Shown: positions 39,253 through 49,982, counted from the first letter of the stretch. The stretch is 64,000 bases of DNA from an uncultured delta proteobacterium (GCA_963841435.1 CAWJCS010000005.1:1312001-1376000); one strand, 5' to 3'. A program made the numbers and translations. Notes: a model not told the origin generated them from the sequence alone.

Positions 39253-41334
39253 ATGGCCGCCTCAGACCGCCGCTTCACTTACCGACTGGACCTCCTCGAG
39301 GATCAGGTCCGCGTTTCGTCGCCGAGCTCGACGCGCATCGTCGTTGCAGATCTGAGCGCCAGCGGAAGCGGGCTCATCGTCAACCCCGACGATCTCGACA
39401 GGGTGACCGCGGAGCCCGCCACTTTCGACATCGGCGGCGGGCAGTCGTTCGTGGTGCGGCTCGCCCCCGTGCGCGTCTCCCAGCTCGACCGGCAACTTCG
39501 GGTCGGTGCGAGATTCCAGGATCTGCCTCTGTCTGGCATGCGAGTCCTGTCGGAATTCTTGATACGCGAGTTTCTGGAAGAGACCCGAGCGCTCGGCCGA
39601 CTACTGGAGGACCCGCGCACCATCACGACCACGAGCCCCGTCTCCATTCGTCGGCACCTCAAGCGTTGCCTCGTCGTCGAGCGCCGTCCGCTCCGCGTGT
39701 ACGACCACGGGACGGTGCTGCCCCTCACCGTGCGCGTCGAGCGTATCGTGGATCTGGGGGGGCGACCGATGCTCGAGGTCGTGATCGGCGCACCGGGTCT
39801 CGAGATCGGCCGGGAGTACACGTTCGCCGTCGCTCGCCCTGGCGCCGTAACGCACTTCCGTGCTCGCCCAGAGCTCCGTTCCGAGAACACGTTCCTCGTC
39901 CCACTTCCCGATCAGCTCTGCCATGGAGGGTTCCGCGACTCGGTCCGAACGTCCTTGGACGGCGGCGGTGACGCGTTCGTGCGCTTTGAGCATCCGCGCT
40001 TGCCCGGGGTGCCCATCGGGCGCCCTCTTTTGGATCTTTCGGCCCGAGGCTTCGCTTTCGCCTCGGACCCCGAGAGCGACCTGCTGTTCCCTGGCGACCG
40101 GCTAGCTCGCGTCGAGCTGTTCTTGGGCGGAGAAACCTATCAGGTCATCGGGGCCATCCGCAGCATCGCGCCGCACCGGCGCTCGGACGTGTACACGTGC
40201 GGTGTCGAGGTGCTCGAGTTCGCCGACGTCGGTCAGGAAGTCCGCTTCCAGACCGCGGTCTTCCAGCGCACTCATCCGCGAGCCGTGATGGCGGAACCGC
40301 CGCAAGCCGCTGGCATGGCCTGGGACGTGCTGCAAGCCTCCGGCTATGTGGAGCTCTGGACCCGCGCCGGAGCGCGGCAGCGACTACAAGGCGAGTACGC
40401 GAGAAGCTGGACCGGCGCGACGCAAACCACCGGGCGACTGATGCTGGTGGAGAGCGGAGGCAAGGCCGTGGGGACCGTCGCCGCGAGCCTGCTCTACCCT
40501 AAAACTTGGCTCGTGCACCAGCTCGGTGTCGACCGGCGCGAAAGCACGGGACCCGCCCAGGTCTTGAGCCTCGCGCACGAGCTGTACTCGGGCGTGCTCT
40601 ACCTCTTCCAGAACCAGCAAGAGGCGGACTACTTCGCGATCTTCGCGGAGCGCGACCGCCGCTGGAGCCAGACCCTCTACGATGGCTTCGTCGCCGAGTA
40701 CCCGGACCGTAGCGCGTTCGCCTACGACCAGAATCGCGTTTTTCGCTGTGACGTGACGACGCCCGTCAGCCGGCAGCTGGGAGCCGAGCCAGGAATCACG
40801 GTCGTACGTGCCGACGCCGCTCGCCTGTTGCTCGCTTCGGAAGCCCTGCGGGCGTCTTCGTCGCCCCTTCTCTGCGATGCCATGGCCTACGGCGCCGGCG
40901 AGATCGGGCTCGAGGACTTCGCCCGCACGTGCCGTGAGCTCGGCTGTGAGCGAGAACGACACGTCTACGTCGCGCTCGAAAACGACACGCCGATAGCTGC
41001 GCTGATCGCCGAGAGCGGAGGTGAAGGGGTGAACATCTTCGGACTGATGAACCACTGCACGATCGCGAGCCTTGGCACGGGTCCCGTCAGCGCGAACGCG
41101 AAGAGGGCGCTCCTGCGCGAAGCGATGGACCACTTCTTGCGACAGAACCGGCACCAGTTCCTCTTCTTCGACGAGACCGACGCCGACGTCCCTGCCGTCG
41201 AGCTACTCGGGTTCGAATACGTGTCGGAAGGCATGCGCTTCATCGCAAGCAAGCGGGTAGTGCCTGCATGGCTGAGCTATCTGGAAGCCGCCTTCACGGT
41301 CCGCGCCGCGTCGCAGGTTGGCCGTGATGGCTGA
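39253..41334 (+). CDS. Double-PilZ protein with C-terminal putative GNAT-like acyltransferase region
   Basis: PilZ1 RRFTYR + DLSASG; PilZ2 RDSVR + DLSARG; C-terminal alpha/beta region (VGTVAA, TWLVHQLGV, LGFEY) resembles GNAT folds. Confidence 0.75.
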   Translation: MAASDRRFTYRLDLLEDQVRVSSPSSTRIVVADLSASGSGLIVNPDDLDRVTAEPATFDIGGGQSFVVRLAPVRVSQLDRQLRVGARFQDLPLSGMRVLSEFLIREFLEETRALGRLLEDPRTITTTSPVSIRRHLKRCLVVERRPLRVYDHGTVLPLTVRVERIVDLGGRPMLEVVIGAPGLEIGREYTFAVARPGAVTHFRARPELRSENTFLVPLPDQLCHGGFRDSVRTSLDGGGDAFVRFEHPRLPGVPIGRPLLDLSARGFAFASDPESDLLFPGDRLARVELFLGGETYQVIGAIRSIAPHRRSDVYTCGVEVLEFADVGQEVRFQTAVFQRTHPRAVMAEPPQAAGMAWDVLQASGYVELWTRAGARQRLQGEYARSWTGATQTTGRLMLVESGGKAVGTVAASLLYPKTWLVHQLGVDRRESTGPAQVLSLAHELYSGVLYLFQNQQEADYFAIFAERDRRWSQTLYDGFVAEYPDRSAFAYDQNRVFRCDVTTPVSRQLGAEPGITVVRADAARLLLASEALRASSSPLLCDAMAYGAGEIGLEDFARTCRELGCERERHVYVALENDTPIAALIAESGGEGVNIFGLMNHCTIASLGTGPVSANAKRALLREAMDHFLRQNRHQFLFFDETDADVPAVELLGFEYVSEGMRFIASKRVVPAWLSYLEAAFTVRAASQVGRDG

Positions 41335-43630
41335 GCGGGCGGAGTGGCCGGATCTCGCTCCGCTCCTCGAAGGCCTCGACGACAACAGCGCGGAATTCGA
41401 GCCGCTCCGTTTTTTCTGCGACCAAGCAGCGGACGCGGAAGCACTGAAACGGCTGCTACTGGGCAAGGGGCGGCCGCTTTTTCGTCGCGACGACCTCGAG
41501 AGCCAGGTCCGCGAGCTTGTCCGCTCCCGTACACCGACCCTCACGGACGCCTCCAAGCTGGACGCGGCGGCGCGGGAGTTCATGCTCGAGCGCGGTGAGG
41601 CACGTTACGGCGTGTGGGTCTACTACCCATGGCGCCGTCTGCTCGTGCGTGTCCTGCCGCCGGAGGAGTTCGCGGAGCTTCGAACGACGCGCAACCGCTT
41701 CAAGATCACTCGAGAAGAGCAGGCGCGTCTCGCCGAATGCACGCTGGGCCTGGTGGGGCTCTCTGCGGGTCACGCCATCGCGACGGGCCTGGCGCTCGAG
41801 CGGATAGGCACGCGCATTCGACTCGCGGACTTCGACTCCATGGAGCTTTCCAACACCAATCGCGTCGCGTGCGGCATCAGCGTGCTCGGGATGAACAAGA
41901 CGCTGGTGGCGGCGCGACAGCTCTATGAAATCGACCCGTTCCTCTCCTTGTCGGTATTTCCCGAGGGGATCACCGACGACAACCTCGTAACGTTCCTCGA
42001 GGGCGGCGGTAAGGTCGATCTTCTGATCGAAGAGTGCGACGATCTGGAGCAGAAGGTCCGGCTCCGCGAGGCGGCGCGCGCCCGGCGGATCCCGGTGCTC
42101 ATGGAGACCAACGACCGAGGGCTTTTGGACGTGGAGCGCTTCGACTTGGAGCCGTCGCGCCCCGTGTTTCACGGGTTGCTCGGAGGCACGCGGGCAGCTG
42201 AGCTGAAAGGCCTGGGCGTGGCGGAAAAGATCACCCACTCGCTACGCATCGTGGGCAGCGAGGTCTCGCCACGCCTCGGGGCGTCGCTCGTCGAGATCGG
42301 ACGGACGATCGCGGCTTGGCCGCAGCTGGGATCAGGGAACATGCTCGGCGGCGCCGTCACGACGCACGCGGCCCGCCGGATTCTACTGGGCCAACCGCTT
42401 TCATCGGGGCGCTACCGAGTGGACCTCGACGAGCTCCTGGATGGATCCGGCCGCGTCGAGCTCGGACGCGAAGTGGGCCAACCGCCAGAACCTGCGGGCA
42501 CCGAAGCGCAACCCTCTGTGCCCGATCCACCGCCGCCTGCGGCGCGCGGGGCACCGCCGTCGCGCGCCGAGATCGAGTGGCTGGTGAGCCACGCGGCGCT
42601 CGCGCCGTCCGGCGGCAACCAGCAGCCGTGGCGCTTCGTCTGGCGCAAGGACGCGCGACTCGACGGCTACCTCGACCGCACCCGCGCCGGAGACCTGCTC
42701 GACTATGCGTGCTCGGCCAGCTACCTCGCGCTGGGAGCCGCCGCGGAGAACGCCAGCATCGCCGCCAGTGTCCTCGGGCGTGACGCGAGCGTCAACCTCT
42801 TTCCAGACGCTTCCGAACCCGACCTGGTGTTTCGTCTGAAGCTCGGGCAAGCCTCCGGCACCGTGACGCCTAGTCCGCTCCACGCTTGCCTTGCGATGCG
42901 CACCACCAACCGCCGCCCCGGCGACGGTCGATCGCTCTCCGCGGACCACACGCGGCGCCTCGAGCAGGCCGCACGCGCACGCGATGCCGAGGTTTCGTTG
43001 GTATGCGACGCGCCCACCCTGTCACGGCTCGGCGGATTGCTCGGCGCCGTCGATCGGTTTCGCCTCCTCAACGAGGGCCTGTACGAGGCCATGATGGCAG
43101 AGCTGCGCTGGGATCTCGACTCTGTGCTCACGACACGCGACGGCATCGACGTGGCGACCCTGGAGCTCGATGCGCTCGGGCTCGCCGCATTGCGACTCCT
43201 GACCGACGCGCGCACCGCGCGGTTCCTTCACTTTCTAGATCTCGGTTCCGGGCTCGAACGGCCGACACAGCGCCTCGTCGAGTCGGCGGCCGCCGTGGGG
43301 CTCGTCACCGTGAACGGGGTCGGCCCGCGCGCCTACGCGCAGGCCGGTCGGGCCTTCGAGCACGTCTGGCTGGTCGCGACCGAGCTAGGTCTCGGCGTGC
43401 AACCGATGACGGTCGCTCCCTACCTGTTCGCCAGGCTCACGCGAGGCGAGGGGGAAGGGCTTTCCCCTCGTGATGTCGAGCACCTCTGGACCCTCGAGCG
43501 GCGCTTCCGCGAGTTCTTTCCGACGCCGGATGGACGCGCCGAAGCGATGTTGTTTAGGATCGCGCACGCGCCTGCCCCACGAGCACGCGCCTTGCGGCGC
43601 CCCCTCGACGACATCCTGAGCGAGAGCTGA
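41327..43630 (+). CDS. Rv1355c/MoeY family ThiF-adenylyltransferase + nitroreductase fusion (OxzB-like)
   Basis: WVYYPW, LRTTRNRFKIT, GLVGLSAG, ADFDSMELSNTNR, EECDD, DVERFDLEP, WPQL; nitroreductase APSGGNQQPW, RTTNR. Confidence 0.92.
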   Translation: MAERAEWPDLAPLLEGLDDNSAEFEPLRFFCDQAADAEALKRLLLGKGRPLFRRDDLESQVRELVRSRTPTLTDASKLDAAAREFMLERGEARYGVWVYYPWRRLLVRVLPPEEFAELRTTRNRFKITREEQARLAECTLGLVGLSAGHAIATGLALERIGTRIRLADFDSMELSNTNRVACGISVLGMNKTLVAARQLYEIDPFLSLSVFPEGITDDNLVTFLEGGGKVDLLIEECDDLEQKVRLREAARARRIPVLMETNDRGLLDVERFDLEPSRPVFHGLLGGTRAAELKGLGVAEKITHSLRIVGSEVSPRLGASLVEIGRTIAAWPQLGSGNMLGGAVTTHAARRILLGQPLSSGRYRVDLDELLDGSGRVELGREVGQPPEPAGTEAQPSVPDPPPPAARGAPPSRAEIEWLVSHAALAPSGGNQQPWRFVWRKDARLDGYLDRTRAGDLLDYACSASYLALGAAAENASIAASVLGRDASVNLFPDASEPDLVFRLKLGQASGTVTPSPLHACLAMRTTNRRPGDGRSLSADHTRRLEQAARARDAEVSLVCDAPTLSRLGGLLGAVDRFRLLNEGLYEAMMAELRWDLDSVLTTRDGIDVATLELDALGLAALRLLTDARTARFLHFLDLGSGLERPTQRLVESAAAVGLVTVNGVGPRAYAQAGRAFEHVWLVATELGLGVQPMTVAPYLFARLTRGEGEGLSPRDVEHLWTLERRFREFFPTPDGRAEAMLFRIAHAPAPRARALRRPLDDILSES

Positions 43631-43635
43631 AACCG

Positions 43636-46279
43636 ATGGAGCTCATCGGGAGCCTACTCATCGTTTACGCAGGCGTGCTCTCGATCAACGTCGGGCTTTC
43701 CGCACTGCTGTGGGCGCGCGATCGCACGCCTCTCAATCGGAGCCTGCTGATCCTGTGGGCTTCCGAGGTGCTCGCGTTTCTCGCCCAAGGCGTGGCGCAA
43801 GGCAACACGCTCGCAATCGTCTACGGGTTTTCAGCAACCTTCGTAGGCACCCTCGCGGCGGCATTTCTCTTGGCGCGCCTCGCCGGGCTCACCGTGCCGT
43901 GGCGCGCCCACACCGCATTCTTCGCGTTGAGCTGCTTGGCGAGCGCGGGCGCATACGCGTTGGGTGGGTCGTTCTGGATGGTCGCGCTGCCGGTGTGCGT
44001 GGCCGTCGCCATGCCGCAGCTCCACGCCGCGCTCCGGGCACTTCAGACGAAAGTGCTGACCACGACCGGACGTGCACTGGCCGTGACGTGCCTGGCACTT
44101 TCCGCCCACAACGTGGACTTCGCCTTCCTCAGGAATCGCCCCGAGTTCGCGGTTTTCGGCTTCATCATCGCCATTCTTCTGGCCTTTGCCCTCAGCACCA
44201 CGGCGCCAGCCGTCGTGCTGGAGCGCGTGGCCGCGGAGCGTGCCCGGGTGGAGGAGCTCGAGCGCTTCAAGTCCAAGTTTTTCGCCAACATCACGCACGA
44301 GCTTAAGACACCGCTCACGATGGTTCTCGCCCCGATCGAGCTTCTGCTCGACGGCGAGATCGGAGTGATCACGCCGCAGCAGCGCAGCACGCTGCTCGCC
44401 ATGTCGCGCAGCGGCGTCAAGCTCCTCAAGCTGATCGGGGACCTCCTCGATCTATCGAAGCTCGAGGAATCGCGTTTGCGTCTGCGCGTGGAGGAGCACG
44501 ACCTCGTCGTCTACCTGCGTGGGCTGCTCGAACAGACCACACCGCTCGCAGAGCGCAAGCGCCTCGGGCTGACCTTCGTTGCAAACTGCGAGGAAGCGCG
44601 CGTGTTCTGCGATCTCGATCGACTGGAGCGCGTGTTCGTCAACCTGCTTTCGAATGCGTTCAAGTTCACGCCCATGGGTGGATCCGTGATCGTGCGCGTC
44701 CGCGACGATGGCAACGCCATCGTGGCCGATGTGCACGACACCGGTCGCGGCTTTGCCCCGCGGCTGTCCGAACGCTTGTTCGAGCGATTCTACCAGGTCG
44801 ACGACGACACCCACAGTCGAGGAGGTGCCGGTATCGGGCTCGCGCTCGCCCGCGAACTCGTCGAGCTGCACGGGGGCAGGATCTGGGCCGACAGCGTGCC
44901 CGGAGAAGGGGCCACGTTCCACGTTAGGCTGCTAAAAGGCCGGGAGCATTTCGACCAGGCGGTGCTCGATCGACGCGAGCGCCGGACCGACCAGCAACGC
45001 GGCCAGCGCGAGAGCGATGTGGGGCTCTCCGGCTGGGATGTCGGATTCGAGGACCGGCATCGTTTCATCGACCTCGACCATGCCACCGAGAAGCGTGTCG
45101 TCCAGCGCGACCTCGACGAGCACCGGCGCGCCCACACGGTGCTCGTCGTCGAGGACACCCCTGACGTCGTGCGCGTGATCCACCTTGCCCTGCACCAGCA
45201 CTTCCGGATCTACAGCGCTCCCGATGGCGCCAAGGGCTTCGATCTCGCCGTCGAGCGCCGACCCACGCTCATCATCACCGATCTCGGCATGCCCATCGTC
45301 AACGGTCTCGAGCTGACGCGCAAGCTGCGCGCGGACCCGAGGACGCGCCACACGCCGATCGTCATGCTGACGGCGCGCACCGACCTCGACGACCGGGTCC
45401 TCGGCCTCGACACGGGGGTCAACGCGTACCTCACCAAGCCCTTCGCCCCGCGGGAGCTGCTCTCGACGGTCCGTTCGCTCTTGAGCACTCAGGAGCACAC
45501 GGCAGAGCTTCTGCTCAGTCAGCAAACCACGTCGCTCGAATCGATCGCCGGTGGCTTGGCTCACGAGATCAAGAACCCGCTCAATTACATCAAGAACGCC
45601 GTCGCAAGCATCCAGCGCGACGTCCAGGGCTCCGTGGAAAAGCTCAAGGCAGGAAAGCCGCTGTCCGACGCCGAGCAGGCCGAGCTCGGCAAGGTCGCCG
45701 GTCGGCTCGGTCGCATGGCGGACACGGCGCAGTCCGGCGTGAAGCGCATCACCGGCACGGTTGACCTCATGCTGCGCTATGCGCGCGAGGGCTACACGCG
45801 CGTGCACCAGCCGTACGACGTGTACGCCGCCATCAGCGACGTGCTCGGCGTCGTCGTCCCGGCGACGGGGTCGCGCGCACGGATCGAAACCACGCTCCAG
45901 GACGACGGCACGATCGAGTGCGTGCCTGACGAGCTGAATCAGATCGCGACCAACCTGATCCAGAACGCACTCGAGGCGGTACCCGCCGAGAACGGCGTCG
46001 TCGCGATCGGGGGGCGCGTTCAACGGCGGCGACCTCGTGCTCACGTTCCGCGACAATGGAGTCGGCATGTCGCCCGAGGTGCAGAGCCAGATCTTCACGG
46101 CGTTTTTCACCACCAAGGACGTCGGCCGCGGCCTCGGCATGGGCCTCACCATCACGCGGCGCTGCGTCGTAGCGCTCGGCGGAGCGATCAGCGTGCAGAG
46201 CCAGCTCGGCGAGGGGACCGAGTTCACCGTGCGTTTGCCCCGCAAACCGCGGCTCGGCGTGCCCGCGCCGGCCCCCTGA
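43636..46279 (+). CDS. Multi-TM hybrid sensor kinase (TM-HisKA-HATPase-REC-HisKA-HATPase), one extra G at 46009-46014
   Basis: About 6-7 TM helices; THELKTPL, NLLSNAFKFT, DTGRG, GAGIGL; REC ITDLGMP; AHEIKNPL, NLIQNA; after the shift DNGVGM, FFTTK, GLGMGL. Confidence 0.9.
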
Positions 46280-46364
46280 CACGCCTCGCGGGTGCTGCCC
46301 CGGCGCGGGGCAGGTGCTCGAGTAGCGTCGATTTTTGGCGCTCATCGCGTAGAATGGTTGAGCT

Positions 46365-47450
46365 GTGGGCCTTCTGTCCGATGGCGACCCGCATTCGGTG
46401 GGCTCGTCAACCGATTTTGCGAGCGGTGAACGCGCACCAGGGCTCCGCCCTGTTCCGCGCAACCGCGCCACTTCGCAGCGCGCCCTGGGGCCTTTTGCGA
46501 CGACGCTGCTCGTGGGTTCGATCGCCACGGCGGCCTGCTCTTTGATCACGCCGCTCGACTTCACGGGCGGCCTGGGGGGGACGAGCGGCAGCGCGGGCAC
46601 TGGCGCGACCGAAGGCGGCGCCCTGGGCGAGGGCGGCGAAGGCGAGGGCGCAACCGGCGGTGGCGGTACGCCCGCGCTCGGCGGCAACGGGGGGGCGACC
46701 GCGGGGGGGCGTGGCGGCGGTGCCGGAGAGGCCGGGCGCGGTGGTGACGGCGCGACGGGCGGCGACGGCGGTTCGAGCGCGACGGGCGGCAGCAGCGGCG
46801 ACGGCGGCAACGGGGGCACGAGCGGCGACGGCGGCTCGTCCGGTGCCGGCAATGGGGGCACGAGCGGCGACGGCGGCTCGTCCGGTGCCGGCAATGGGGG
46901 TGTGGCGGGCGGTGGCAATGCCGGCATGTCCGGCGGCGGCAACGCGGGCAGCTCGGGCGCCGGCGACGGTGGCACCGCTGGCGCCCCCCCCACCTCGTGC
47001 TCGATGGTCGACGCGAACGCCAAGGCGTTTGGAGGTCACTGCTACCTGCTCGTGACCACACCCACGACCTGGCCGCAGGCACGCACGGCGTGCCCGGCCC
47101 GCTATGCAGGGGGTCACCTCGTGACGATCACGTCCGAGTCAGAGCAAATGTTCGTCTGGCAGACGGTCGTGCTCGGCGGCACCGAACCTTGGCTCGGATG
47201 CACCGACGGCCTCACGGACATGCAAGCCGGGGACGGCTCCATCTTCGAGTGGATCACGGGTGAGGACATCCAGCAATATCACGGCTGGGCGGGCGGCGAG
47301 CCGAACAACTTCATGAAGACCTGCCCGTCGGGCACGGGCACCTGCTACGAGCACTGCGGCTTTTTGCAGTCTTTGACGCAAGGCTACTGGAACGACGAAG
47401 TCTGCAGCGCGAACAAAGCGTCTATTTGCGAGTGGGACACCGGCGGCTAG
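46365..47450 (+). CDS. Lipoprotein with Gly-rich linker and C-type lectin domain; start uncertain
   Basis: TAAC lipobox; FGGHCY, WPQARTAC, GHLVTITSESEQ, WLG, GEPNN, WND, ICE. Confidence 0.85.
   Translation: MGLLSDGDPHSVGSSTDFASGERAPGLRPVPRNRATSQRALGPFATTLLVGSIATAACSLITPLDFTGGLGGTSGSAGTGATEGGALGEGGEGEGATGGGGTPALGGNGGATAGGRGGGAGEAGRGGDGATGGDGGSSATGGSSGDGGNGGTSGDGGSSGAGNGGTSGDGGSSGAGNGGVAGGGNAGMSGGGNAGSSGAGDGGTAGAPPTSCSMVDANAKAFGGHCYLLVTTPTTWPQARTACPARYAGGHLVTITSESEQMFVWQTVVLGGTEPWLGCTDGLTDMQAGDGSIFEWITGEDIQQYHGWAGGEPNNFMKTCPSGTGTCYEHCGFLQSLTQGYWNDEVCSANKASICEWDTGG
46812..46895. repeat. 42-bp perfect tandem duplication encoding GGTSGDGGSSGAGN twice
   Basis: Identical units at 46812-46853 and 46854-46895. 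Confidence 0.85.
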
Positions 47451-47649
47451 TCGCGCCCACGCTCACCGTCGATTGAACGCTGCCCCGGCCGGCGCCCCGG
47501 CCGCGACCGCGAGCGAGCCGGCGCCGATCGGGGGCGTCGGGCTTCTCGCACACCGACACTGCGAGTCGCGCGTTTCGAGTCGTCGAACGATACGACGGGT
47601 CTCGCTGGAAGAAATGAGAAGCAGAGCGAGGGCATCGTCGGAAAGTCAC

Positions 47650-47677
47650 TTTGGGCGAATGCGTTTGGGCGAATGCG
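47650..47677. repeat. 14-bp direct repeat TTTGGGCGAATGCG x2 upstream of the GH6 gene
   Basis: Perfect tandem copies; partial third copy (CGAATGCG) near 47727. Confidence 0.75.
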
Positions 47678-47815
47678 ATGTTCCTCTGAACAAATACTCA
47701 TCCCGATTTCCCTTGGCGCAAGCGGCCGAATGCGGCAAGAGCAGTGACGACTCATCTGGGAGGGGCTGGGTGGTCGAGGATGAGTGTTCGTTTACAAGCC
47801 ACAAAAGGAAACACA

Positions 47816-49138
47816 ATGTCTTCGCGACCCACACACACCGCCAAGCTGGGGCAGCTGGCGGTCGCAGCCGTCGTCCTCGCGGGCTGCGGCGCAAGCCCCG
47901 GCGAGCCTTTCGATTCCGCCGAAGAGCCCCTGACGCTCACCAACGAGACGAAGCTCTTCATTCCCAAGCCGAACCCCGATGCCGTCAAGCAGATCGCCAG
48001 GTTGAAGGCACGCCACCGTAGGGTCGAGGCCGCCCGCATCAATCACATGATCGAAACGCCGCAGGCGGTGTGGCTAACCAACGGCTCGCGTGGGGACGTG
48101 GTCGCTCAAACGCGAGAGGTCGTCAGGCTTGCCGACGACAAGGGCCGGGTGCCCGTGCTCGTGGCCTACAACATCCCGTTCCGCGATTGCTCGCAGTTCT
48201 CCGCCGGCGGCGCCACCACCAAGGAAGAATACCATGCGTGGGTTGACGGCATTGCCGACGGCATCGGGCGTAAGGACGCCATCGTGATTCTCGAGCCGGA
48301 CAGCCTCGGCATCATTCCCTGGTACAACCCGCTCGCCGATCGCGACGACTGGCTGCCCGATCCCAACGTGCTCGAGTGGTGCCAACCCACCGATGCCGAT
48401 CCTGCGACCGCGGCTCAGGACCGCTTCGACATGCTCAAGGACGCGGTCGAGACGCTGAAGAGCCTCCCCAACACGAAGGTTTACCTCGACGGCACGCACA
48501 CCGCATGGCTCGCCGCGGGTGACGCGGCCGATCGTCTGCTCCAGGCCGGCGTGACGGAGGCCGACGGCTTCTTCCTGAATGCCTCGAACTATCAGGACGA
48601 CCCGCGTCTCGAGAAGTACGGCGCGTGGGTTGCCAAGTGCATCTGGTTCGCAGATCCGACCTCCGGCTCCTGGGGCGCTGGCCACGCCGAGTGGTGCAAC
48701 AGCCAGTACTACCCGGCAACGTTCGACGACCTGTCGACGTGGGCTCTCACCGACCAGTGGTACACCGACAACGTCGAGAGCCAGACGTGGGTGCCGTATC
48801 CGGGCGACGAAGGCATCAGCCACTTCGTCATCGATACGAGCCGCAACGGCGTCGGGCCTTGGCAGGCGACGCCCGAGCAGCTCGCGCTCGGTGACGTTCA
48901 GGATTGGTGCAACCCGCCGGGCCGTGGCCTCGGCAAGCGCCCCACCACCAACACGGGCAACCCGCTCATCGACGCGTACCTGTGGATCAAGCTGCCGGGC
49001 GAGTCCGACGGGCAGTGCAACCGCTGGGACCCCGTCGGTTCGCCGGATCCGGTGCGCAACACGATGGACCCGGCTGCGGGCGCCTGGTTCCCCCAGATGG
49101 CGCTCGAGCTGACGGCCAACGCCAATCCGCCGTTCTGA
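47816..49138 (+). CDS. Glycoside hydrolase family 6 cellulase, lipoprotein
   Basis: AAAAGGA RBS, LAGC lipobox, YNIPFRDC, ILEPDSL, YLDGTH, NASNY, VIDTSRNG, WCNPPGRGLG, WIKLPGESDG, AGAWF. Confidence 0.93.
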   Translation: MSSRPTHTAKLGQLAVAAVVLAGCGASPGEPFDSAEEPLTLTNETKLFIPKPNPDAVKQIARLKARHRRVEAARINHMIETPQAVWLTNGSRGDVVAQTREVVRLADDKGRVPVLVAYNIPFRDCSQFSAGGATTKEEYHAWVDGIADGIGRKDAIVILEPDSLGIIPWYNPLADRDDWLPDPNVLEWCQPTDADPATAAQDRFDMLKDAVETLKSLPNTKVYLDGTHTAWLAAGDAADRLLQAGVTEADGFFLNASNYQDDPRLEKYGAWVAKCIWFADPTSGSWGAGHAEWCNSQYYPATFDDLSTWALTDQWYTDNVESQTWVPYPGDEGISHFVIDTSRNGVGPWQATPEQLALGDVQDWCNPPGRGLGKRPTTNTGNPLIDAYLWIKLPGESDGQCNRWDPVGSPDPVRNTMDPAAGAWFPQMALELTANANPPF

Positions 49139-49232
49139 CCGAACGTGACGTCAGCCGGGTCGTGGCGCTCCCGTGAACGCCACGCCCGGCTTGGTCACTC
49201 GTGCCAGGCACCGCGATGGCGAGCCGTTCGGC

Positions 49233-49772
49233 CTACGGCTTGCTCCAAGCGCGTCCCTTCCGATACTCGGCGAGCGCTGCGAGCACCACCTGGTCGGCAC
49301 GATCGCGGGAGTACAAGTCCTCGACGACGCTGAGCTTGTTTTCGAGCACCTTGTAGTCCTCGAAGAAGCGCCGGATCTCGCGCGTCGTGTGCAGGGGCAG
49401 CTCGCTCACGTCGTGCAAGTGCGCGTACGCCGGGTCGTCGATGGCCACGGCGACGATCTTGTCGTCGATGCCCTTGTCGTCCTTCATCGAAAAGCCGCCG
49501 ATCGGGCGCGCACGCACGATCGTGAGCGGCACGACCGGCTCCTGCATGAGCACGAGAATGTCCAGCGGGTCGCCGTCGTCGGCGTGTGACTGCGGAATGA
49601 AGCCGTAGTTGGCGGGGTAATGCACCGACGAGTAGAGCACCCGATCGAGCATCAACAGGCCTGTCCGCTTGTCGAGCTCGTATTTGAGCTTCGAGCCCTT
49701 GGGGATCTCGATGACCGCGGGAAGGAACTCCGCGGGGCTCTCTGGTACCAAAATGTCGTGGAGCGGGTGCAT
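49233..49772 (-). CDS. ppa: Soluble inorganic pyrophosphatase (family I)
   Basis: [40 protein letters not shown]. Confidence 0.95.
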   Translation of the reverse strand: MHPLHDILVPESPAEFLPAVIEIPKGSKLKYELDKRTGLLMLDRVLYSSVHYPANYGFIPQSHADDGDPLDILVLMQEPVVPLTIVRARPIGGFSMKDDKGIDDKIVAVAIDDPAYAHLHDVSELPLHTTREIRRFFEDYKVLENKLSVVEDLYSRDRADQVVLAALAEYRKGRAWSKP

Positions 49773-49982
49773 GACGCCCGCACAAGCTTGCGCGGCGCGC
49801 ACGCGTTGGCAAGCGCGGGGCGCCGACCCCGGTGTCGGGCGCGACCCACGCGCGTGATGAACCGGAAACACACCGTCAGCCGGGCATCGGGAAGGACGCC
49901 GCCCGGCAAACAGCGCGAGAGAGATCGCCGGCGGCGGCGCGCGCGCCAAGGTCGCACGCGCGCCGCACGATCACACGCAGGT

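Noticed and set aside
41327-43630. Molybdopterin biosynthesis (MoeB) or RiPP/ubiquitin-like activation role
   Set aside because: No MoaD/ThiS or precursor peptide nearby; the nitroreductase fusion fits the Rv1355c/OxzB class better
46012-46545. C-terminal 177 aa of the listed 969-aa kinase ORF
   Set aside because: Out-of-frame run-on; the real HATPase end lies in the 46037-46279 frame
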